Made by a program: the position numbers and the translations under genes. The notes beneath the pieces are model-generated. The model did not search any database. It saw only the letters and a list, made by a program, of their open reading frames with translations, and was not told the origin of the DNA. A DNA stretch of 64,000 nucleotides from Camelus dromedarius (taxonomy: Eukaryota): contig NC_087437.1 in NCBI RefSeq assembly GCF_036321535.1, forward strand, positions 11,224,001 through 11,288,000. The letters are read 5' to 3'. Numbering within the stretch: the stretch's first letter is position 1; each line of letters begins with the position of its first letter. This document shows positions 54,294 through 64,000 of the stretch, one piece after another.

Positions 54294-57200
54294 TTAAATG
54301 AAGAGGCTGAAGGGATCTTTATTTATCATCCTTCTCACGTGGCAGAAAATCTCTTCTGAACTGACGTACTACACAGTTTCCGCATTGTTTCTTAACAGAC
54401 CGAAGTGTTCTGTTAATAACACTGCATTAACAGTGTCACATCCTTGGAGTTCTCTTGGCAAAAATACATGTCTTGGCTGTTGCTTTAATTGGCCCCCAGT
54501 GATAATGTTCACAGGATTGTTGCTGCAGAAATTGAGAGAGAGAGGGAGAGAGGGAGAGAGGGCGGGAGGGCAGGGGGGTAGATACAATAGGAATTTGGGT
54601 TCTGCTTCTGAATGCACAAAGGTGGCATCCATTCTGAGGGTTCTGGGGGGCATTCTCAGAGCCCTGCACACTCGGTGGGCGTCCTTGCATGCGAGGTGGG
54701 CACCGTGTGGGCGGTGATGGGGAGCCCTGGCAAACAGCGCCTTGGGGATTCACTCTTGCTTTTGATTCATTTTGCTTGGCTCGAAGTTCCTGTCTGCCCC
54801 ACAGACTCCAGTTGGAGGAGGGCTCGCAGGTTGGGGAGGCTCCCTGCTACAGGCTCCCTGCAGGAACGGACAGGTGTGCACTTGGCAAGCCCGAGCGCAG
54901 AGTGGGGAGTTTGCCAGTATTACTTCTCTGCGCTCACCTGCCCAACCATCCATCGCCTTGCTGCTCAAAGGGTGGCGTAGCAGCGTGGGTGTCGACTGGG
55001 GACTTGTTAGAAGTGCAGAGTCCCAGCCCCCTCCCCAGACCTCACGGTGCCGACCCATCACGCCAGCAAGGCCCCCCAGAGACCACCTGGTGTTCAATGA
55101 CCACCACGGTGTGGCCTCTCTCATGCATCTCCTGTGGTCACCATTGCTTCCTGCCAGGAACAATGCTCTCAGCCGCCCCTTCTTGTCCTTGTGATGATGA
55201 TAACCACCATTTATCTGCAGCCTGCACGGGGGCCAGCCCCTCCGAGCTTGTGCATTGCCCTAGGTGGTTCTCACCGCATCCCCGACTGGCAGATGAGCAA
55301 AGAGCACTCAGGGAGGTTAAGGATGGTCCCCTGAGGCCAGGGTTGATTCTCAGTCCACCAAGAAGTTGTGAATAGGATCAAAGGAATTGGAGACTGCCTG
55401 ACAGTGGCCACCTTTGCCGAGAGCCACCATGGACAGACAGACACAAGGTGCCTGGGGTGGGAGGCACGGGAAGGTGGGTGGAGAGGGCAGGAGGAGTTGG
55501 CTCTGGGAGCCGATGAGCAAGGCTGACCCCTCACCTGCAGGGTGGCCAGTGAGGGCACCTCCTGCTACAAGACTGTGACCTACCACCGAGGTCCCCAAAC
55601 TTCACTGCGCATCAGAGTTACCCCAGGCTTTCTGATTTAGTAGGTCTCTGTCAGAGAATCTGGGTCTCCAATAACCTCCCAGGATGTGCTGATGCTGCTG
55701 GTCTGAGCCCACACTTGGCAAGTCACCAGGCTAGCAGTAACCACGTCCAGCCCAGAGGAATCCAGTTCCCATTTTTCTTCCCCCATCTCCCCTGTGGCTG
55801 CTCACGTCTAATTTTCAGCACGAAGAAAAGCAAGGATGACTCTTTCACACTCCTGGTGCCAGGGCACCAGGGTCAACCAGAGCAGCCCAGGCCCTCCCTC
55901 CAAAGGTGTGGGAGGACTTGTGGTCACAGCCTGGGGGAAGATTTTTAAATTGATTACATAACAAAGTCTGGCAACATTGACCTTTTTTTGGATTATCCGG
56001 GAGGTTCTTCTGTTTATTTTATTTTACTTTTTTAATTGTTTGTTTTGGGACCAGTGAGTGGATGGGAAAGAAAGCTGGTTTCTGTCTGTGTTTTCATAAT
56101 CAATGACATTTTGGGGCAACTGTTGGCTTAGCCAACCCATGGGAGGCTACTGCTCTGCTGGTCCTCAGGATGCAGACGGGACTGATGGAATAATCACACG
56201 GACAACTTCCTCTCCCTTCCCTTCTCCCAACCCTGTCCTTCTCACGTAGACGGGGCTTGGGGGAAAGGCACCTCATTTCCTCCTTTGGGCAATGCAGCTC
56301 CCTACATTCTTCAGACTTCCTTGCTGGTCTTTCTAATTCCTCCCCCCCCAAAATGAGGTCCCTCTCACCTACCTTGTCCACTTGATAACTCTTTTATGAA
56401 GATCAGCTGATAAAAGAACAAGGTCACCCCCTCGCTGCCCCTAACCAGCACCCTCACCAAAGGCCACCACAGTGATGAATTTAGTGCGATCAGTAAGCTT
56501 TGCCTACTTTTGAACTGCCTTTAAACAAAATCAAACACTTAAAAAACAAACAAAAAGAACATGGTCACACATTAAAAAAGGTAAGGATGTAGGGAGAACT
56601 TTTTAAAAAATAAACATAAAATAAAAACATTTTAATAACAGTTTTGGTCTGGTTGAATCCAAACATTTTCTCATTGAACACTGATAGATCTAATCTGGTT
56701 GTATTGAATGGTATTCAGTGTCCTTTGAAATGTCTTTGGCTTCATACTGATGTTAATAATTTCCATTTAATCTGTGAGTCTGTGGGGTATTTGAATCACC
56801 ATCTGTGATACTTCTAAAGGGTTGAAAAACAGGAGGGAAATTGTATAAGGAAATATGACCATTTTCTTTAAAATTAAATGCCCAAATGTAACAACCTCAC
56901 AAGCTTCTCTGTTGACAAATAAACATCAGGGTAGGAAAAAAAAATTTACTTTTAAGCCTTTAGGTGTTTAATGGAAAATATAATTGCTAGAAGTAAAATT
57001 ATATTCAAAGTAAAAGTCTTCTATTGTATCATTAATGTTTATATCCATAACAGATCTTAGATGCTAGGAAAAAATACATATGAACTGACACAAGTTAACG
57101 CATCAGGTATTAGAAATAAAAGTTGAGCAATGCAACCTTGTTTGTGACATCCCTGAAGATTTTTCACCCAGAAGGACAACACATTACTTGCTAAAAATAG

Positions 57201-57894
57201 TTGGAAGATATTAAAAATAGAGAACAAATATTTGGCATCAGTTGAACCCATTGGCTATCTTCTCAAAGCTGGTAGCCCAGTGATCCACTGCATGAACACA
57301 ACCGCTCACACACACATGTATGTGTGTGCGCTCACTCCATCAGACTTGCACACTAAGCATGGGTCTCTGGTCTGGGGACTCACCAGTGGAGACTGTGGGG
57401 AGGCTTGCTTTTTACCCCTGCGGCTCAGACTGCCTGGGCTTCTGGCTGGGTCGTGTGCCCGAATGGACCTCCAGAGACGGCCCCGCCCAGCTCTTCACCT
57501 CTTGCACTTTTCCATCTCTGGGCTGCCATCCATCCTGACTTGTTTTCTTCAAAGCCCCCACTTCTGTCTCATCTCTGCCAATTCCAAATCCCACCCAATT
57601 CAAATTCTGTCCTCTCCTCGAAGCCTTCTCTGACGGCCTCAGTGTGAAGTGATGTCTGTCTCATTTGAATACACATGGCGGCCCATGTAACCACTCATCT
57701 GGCATTCAGGCACTTACTAATATTACTTTTGTTGTAGTCCTGTAGGTGCACATCTAAGTCAGGAACTTCTCAAGTGGAGGAACATGCCTCAGGTATCTTC
57801 GCCTCCTGTGTAGAGGGCATTGGGCCAAACGGGGTCCCCGATGGGCTGGATGCGGGGTGAGGGTGGAGGACTGAGCGAGTGAGTAGATGTCTGT

Positions 57895-58640
57895 CTATGC
57901 ATGTACTCAACCAATATTCGTTGAGCAACTACTGCCGGGTCAGGCTTTGCTCTAGGTGCTGAGGTTTCAGCAATGAATGATGTATCCTCAAGGAACGTTC
58001 ATGTCAGGAAGGAAGACAACAGATAAGGAGACTACTCTTTGGAAGACTTTAAGTTTGTGATGAGACTGGAGGTGGACATAATAATACGTGGGGATCAGGA
58101 GACAGGGTGGTCAGCCAAGGCCCCTTTGAGAAGTGATGTGTGAGCTTTAGCTCGAAGGATGTCAAGAGGGCAGGCTTCTGCAGGTGCAGAGGACATTTAA
58201 GGCAGAGGGAAAACCCAGTGCAAAGTCCCCAGGCCAGAAAGGAGGCTCACGTGGTTAGGCCCAGAGATGGCATGAGATGAAGGATGGGAGGGCCAGGGCC
58301 CCATAGTGATGGGCCTTTGTGGTCCATGGAGAGGCAATGGGCAGTTTTAGATGCGACAGGGCACCACTGATGGGCTTTAGACAGGGACGCAGCATGAGGA
58401 GATCTACGCTTTATTTTTACTACATGGAGAAGGGATGTGGGAGCCAAAGGGAGAGACAGGTGAACAGCAGCAGTGGTTTGGGCAGGAGCTGGGGTGGGTG
58501 GACTACAGGGGCGGTCATCGAGATGGAGAAAAGTGGGACTTTGAGACACATCTAGGGAGCCAAGGACAGAGATTTCTGATGGACTGGATGTGGGGTGAGG
58601 GACAATAAGGAATCCAACATGTCTCCTCTGGGGCTGTGGA
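57895..58640 (-). mobile_element. L2 fragment
   Basis: ctcaaccaatattcgttgagcaactactgccgggtcaggc...tgatggactggatgtggggtgaggg. Confidence 0.7.
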
Positions 58641-59201
58641 GGGGATGCAGGCAGACGTACAGAAGGAGAGATTCAGGGGCGTGTGCAGGTGTGGGCTTCA
58701 ACCCTAGCTCGGCTCGAGAGGAGGGTGTGGTGACACAAATTGAGAACTGGCTTTCTGCTTTGACTGTTTCAGCAGAATGGTTCAATGTGAGTAGGAAACG
58801 CTGCTGCCAGCTGACCTGTGCACGTGGCTGCCTCAGAGCTGAGGGCTTCTTGGCTTGAACCTGTAGCTCTGTGGCCCAGGCGAGGGGAGGGGGCCAGAGG
58901 GACTCTTCCTCTGAGTGATCACAGGGTGTCTCCCTGCACCTTTGTAATGGTGGACAAATGGCGATTCAAGGTCCCTGGGATATAAGGTGGTCCCTTCTGC
59001 TGGGATGAGCAGGGGCAGGACGGTGAGGGTGGTGGTGGCAGGGATGAGGCACACAGTAACCCTGTATGAAGTTGCCAAGCCCTTACATCTGTTACTTTTA
59101 TATCACTGGTCAGGGCATAAAGGCAACTGAGCCTTAGGGCGGGGAAGTAACTTACCCAAAGTCACGTAATTAAACAGCAACAGAGGCAAGCAGTGCACTC
59201 A

Positions 59202-59760
<559 letters not shown>

Positions 59761-60159
59761 TAGCCTGCTCTCCAAAACAAAGCTTGGTGTTGGGGGGACT
59801 TGGAACTGGGCATCCTAGCTCCATAGAGGGTGACCCTAAGTAAGAACGAAGCAGAGACAGGCAAAGCCCACCTTTCCACAGGTTCACAGGTTCACAGGTG
59901 GGTCTGTCTAGCCAGTCATCTGAATTCGCTCTTATGGTTTCTGTTCCTCCCCTAGGCCCCACAAATGATTCTCAGTAAGAAGAACTTCAGGTTAAAGAAA
60001 AGTTCTGCAGCAAGAAACCGGAGGCAGAGGATCCCTTCCTCAGAGGAGAAAGGAGTTTAACTCTTTATTAGTTTCCTGAAGGTAGAGTGGAGTCTGGCCT
60101 CAAGCCTTATGGGCACTCACTTTGCATTTCTCTCTACCTGGTCAACCTTCAAAGGTGAT

Positions 60160-60325
60160 TAAAGAGCCCAGGCTATGGAACTGAGAAAAACCTGTGTTTG
60201 AATCCTGATACTACCTCATTCTAGCTGTGTGACCTCTGGCAAGTTACGCAGGCTCTCTGAGCTTTCATTTCTTCCTGTAGAAAATGGGATCAATAATACC
60301 TACTTCACAGGGTCTCAGTGCGAAA
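60160..60325 (+). mobile_element. MIR SINE
   Basis: gtttgaatcctg...tagctgtgtgacctctggcaagtta...ctctctgagctttcatttcttcctgtagaaaatgggatcaataatacctacttcacaggg. Confidence 0.8.
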
Positions 60326-61984
60326 ATGCACTCACTCCACATGGTCAGGGAACAGAGCCATGACTTTTATCATTTACACAAAAGGGAAATAAGAAAGGCA
60401 GGTGACAAGAAACCTGTACTTCTGTGCTTAATTTCCAAAATGAAACTCTTCTGCCAGACTCTCAGTAGCTCTCAGTGGCATGGACTCAGGTTTTACACTA
60501 CAGAGTCATCATGTTTTACGACTGGAGGGGCCTCAGCTCTTATCTAGTGCAAATCCCTCCTTCACAGAGGAGATCATGACTTGCCTGAGGTCACACAATA
60601 AGTTCATGGCAGAGCCAAGGCAAGAGCCCCGACTCCTCACTGCAGTCCTACAACATCACTGTCCTAGGGTCATTTCTTGATGAAGGTGTGACCTGGTAGG
60701 AAAAGAAGAATAAAAGCAAGTGTAGTGGAAGAAGAGAACCAAAGATGCCCTGATAATCCACAAACCGAATAATGAAACCCCAGGTCACGCAGATGTGACT
60801 GGATCACCAGTCAGGGGAGCCCTGACGATGTGAGCAGTGGGGATGAGCCCTGTTGAGTCCTCATGGGTCACCTGTTAAAGGCAGAAGGAGTGGGGCTGTG
60901 CTCATAGACCCACTCCCCACGTGCTTCCATGGTGCCAGAGATCGTGATGTGCGACATGCATTATTTAATTGAATCCTGAAAACCACCTGTGGGGTTGGTG
61001 ATAATTTCACACAAAGGAAACTTGAGGTTAAGCCCATTGGTCACACAGCTAGTATGGGGCAGACCTGGGACTCCAACAGGTTTTCTGATTATAAAACCCG
61101 AGCTCTTATAATGCCTCACCAGCGAGTAAGGTGCACTCAAAATTAATTTCCACCCAGTCTAGATTAACGCTGAGTTTTTTTTTTTTTTAACTTCATCCAC
61201 ATTCATATCTTTACCTTCTCAATAAAACAATGCAATGGACACAGCAGGTCCAGCATTTCCACAGAACCTTAGCAGGCGATTTGTTGGCAACAGATAAAAG
61301 CCTTTAAAAGATAAAGACAAGGAACTCAGCCAGAGGTGCGGACTAACCCAGGGTTTCCAGCCTAACGCCCTGACACAACCCTCCTCCTCTTGAGATTCCC
61401 CTTCCGTCTTCTTTAATGGGCAAACCAGGATGGTCCACAGATTTTTTTTCCTTTTTTTGGTTCTAGCTGAAAGAACTCTGTTTACCACACAGATGTAGCG
61501 GTGACTACATCCTCTTTGTGAGGAAAACTTCCATTGCTTTCTTTTTTTCCTTTCTCTCCTTCCTTCTTTTTCTTTTCCTCAAACTAAAAGCTGGAATCCT
61601 TCACTGATGTGCAAAAAATTTTATGCCAGTAGAAACCATTAACCCTGATGCCTGGCAAAAGAGAGGACACGCATTCTGAATGACATGATTCTTATTTTGT
61701 TATTAGATTAATTAAAGGGACTGGTGTAAATCCCTTGCACAGTGTGGGGAGAAGAGACTCTGACGGCTAATCTCACCACCATATGCTGTGGCACTTTGAA
61801 AACCGGGTAGGGCGACTTCAGCTTGGAATGTTTTTATGGCTAAAAATATAACAAAAAAACCAACTGCAGAATGAGTCATGCAGTAGCACTCAAGTTCACA
61901 TTCTTCAGAAATTTCTGAACAAGATGTTTTCTGCCAGTGCCCCGACTCCACAAATGTCCACAAAATAAATCCCTGCCTCTGCTT

Positions 61985-62133
61985 TTTATTTAAACAACTA
62001 AAAAAAAAAAAAAAAAAAAAGGTGGGGGGGAAGGTAATTAGGTTCATTTATTTTTTTAATGGAGGTACCGGGGATTGAACCCAGGGCCTCGTGCATGCTA
62101 GGCATGCGGTCTGCCACTGAGCTATAGCTTCCC
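61985..62133 (-). mobile_element. tRNA-Ala-derived SINE (sense to THRB) with internal T-tract
   Basis: Reverse complement: gggaagctatagctcagtggcagaccgcatgcctagcatgcacgaggccctgggttcaatcccggtacctcca...aacctaattaccttccccccc, then a ~21-nt T run and aaataaaaa. Confidence 0.88.
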
Positions 62134-62530
62134 TGCCTATCTTCACTTTTGAAAAAATATCAGGATGAGTCCACGGTTCTCACCACATGGATGCTGTGTG
62201 GACAATTACACCATATTAAGGTGGATGGACAAGACATCTCATCTGTGACCTCTGTGCAAATGGAGTATTGCTGACTGTCCTGCAAGCATGACGGGGACAA
62301 TTTAAGTGCTGTCCCTCACCCATCATCTGGATGCCTTGGGAGTCAGGAGTTGATGGGGAGGGTGGACTGGAAACCGCCCGGCCTTGGCTGGGAGTGGAGG
62401 TCCCTGAGGATGCTGGTGCCCTCCCTCTGTCCACCTGGGCTCCTGCCTCCTTCCCTGCCTGGTCGATCTCCTGGAACCAACGTTTTCCCTAGTCAACACT
62501 CCCTGAGTGTGAAGCCAAGGAAGAAGATTA

Positions 62531-62683
<153 letters not shown>

Positions 62684-64000
62684 CTACGTGAAAAAGAGAG
62701 ACCCAAGACAACAGTTTCATATTTTCTAGAAATAAATGGCTCCAGCATTTTGTGTTTTCCCAACTGTGATGGATTGTTTTGGGCCCTGCCTGTGTTTGAG
62801 CTCGGCACTCAACCTATTCAAGTACAGGGCAGTCAGCCCAAAGGGGATCTAAGGAATTCTAGGTCTAAGGTGAAGGCGATGTCAGAGGCTCCAGAGTCAG
62901 CACCTTCTTGGCATTTATTCAAGGCTAATGGGAAAATCTAGTGTTTGCTTTTATGTTTTCTAAACGTTGAGTAATGCAAATAAATTCTATTATTTCACTT
63001 CATAGAGTGCCACAATTGTGTTGCTAATTAAGCTAGGAAGAGATTTGGTACACTTCATACTGGAGAATAAAAGCGGATACTGGTGATGCTCTATGTATTA
63101 ATAATTTAATCGTTTAGTATTTAAATGGATGCATTAACTGCCTGTAGAGATTTAGTGTCATTCTTGTTTTTGACTCAAGATGGCCATGACCAGCTCAGCT
63201 AGCTCTTGAAACAACAGTACTTGGGGAGTAGAAAATTCCAGAGTCTACCAAATGCTTCCCAGAGCTCAGCGCACTGGCGCTTTCATTTCCTAGCTCTGTT
63301 TTCCTGAGTATCCACAGACATGCGCCCTAGAGTTCCGTGGCTCTTCGTCTCTCAAGGCACGGGAATACGCCACCTGAGGATGCCATGCCATTCCAGGCTT
63401 CAGCGACTTGCATGACATCCTCAAGGCTGTGTCCTCTGAGAACCTTTCTGGGCACAATGCTTAAGTCTTAACTGCCCTAATGTCTTGTAGGACGGCGGAG
63501 AGCACTGACCGCGAGGGGTGCGCTGCAAGGTGCCACAGACCAGTCTGTCTCTCCTACAACCTTGTGAGGTAGGTACTCTTAATATCTCCATTGTGGGGAT
63601 TGAAAAACTAAGCCTTCACAGGTTAAATCACTTGCCCCAACTCACATGGGAAGTCCATGCTGGAACGCGACCTGGAACCCAGGAGGTGGACTCCAAATCG
63701 TACTTACTCCGCTGCTTATAGGATAGAAACTGAGTCCAGTTTTACTGTATTATTTAAATATTTTAGATGAACATATTAGAAATAGGCCTCTCCCACCTAC
63801 CCTTCCAAAAAAACACACTGTTTCATATTTTAGTAGACCAGCAAGGCAAAACAAATGTTGGAGGATGCTGTCCACCAACGCTGAAAGGGACCTCTAGCTT
63901 TGTTGCATAAATGGGACTGAAATGCTGGTCGGTCTAGATGAAGCCCAAATGTTTCTCCTGTTTAACCTGCCTTGGCTTCGATTACGTGTGGATACCATGT

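Noticed and set aside
54689..55375. 228-aa plus-strand ORF and overlapping ORFs
   Set aside because: No recognisable domain, non-ATG start, GC-rich intron overlapping MER5/MIR-like remnants; expected by chance.

Overview
Mammalian genomic DNA, most likely from a camelid, judged by seven copies of a tRNA-Ala(AGC)-derived SINE resembling Vic-1 and no recognisable Alu, B1/B2, CHR or BovB elements. The right half holds the last four coding exons of thyroid hormone receptor beta (THRB) on the minus strand: 59578-59373, 54269-54123, 48352-48094 and 41099-40858. All have GT-AG junctions, the frame is intact and the stop is TAG. A ~4.6 kb 3'UTR follows to about 36220. The left ~36 kb is intergenic and dense in L1, L2, MIR, MaLR/ERVL LTRs, hAT MITEs and SINEs, including a three-tier nested L1 complex. 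I found no evidence of a wholly new biological system. The best leads are the extreme GC3/CpG-island state of the hinge exon, an inverted SINE pair bracketing a 612-nt phase-symmetric exon block, an L1 with both ends and TSDs but lacking ORF1/endonuclease, and a SINE with a triplicated target site. Repeat family names are recognised from memory of consensus sequences, and repeat boundaries are approximate.
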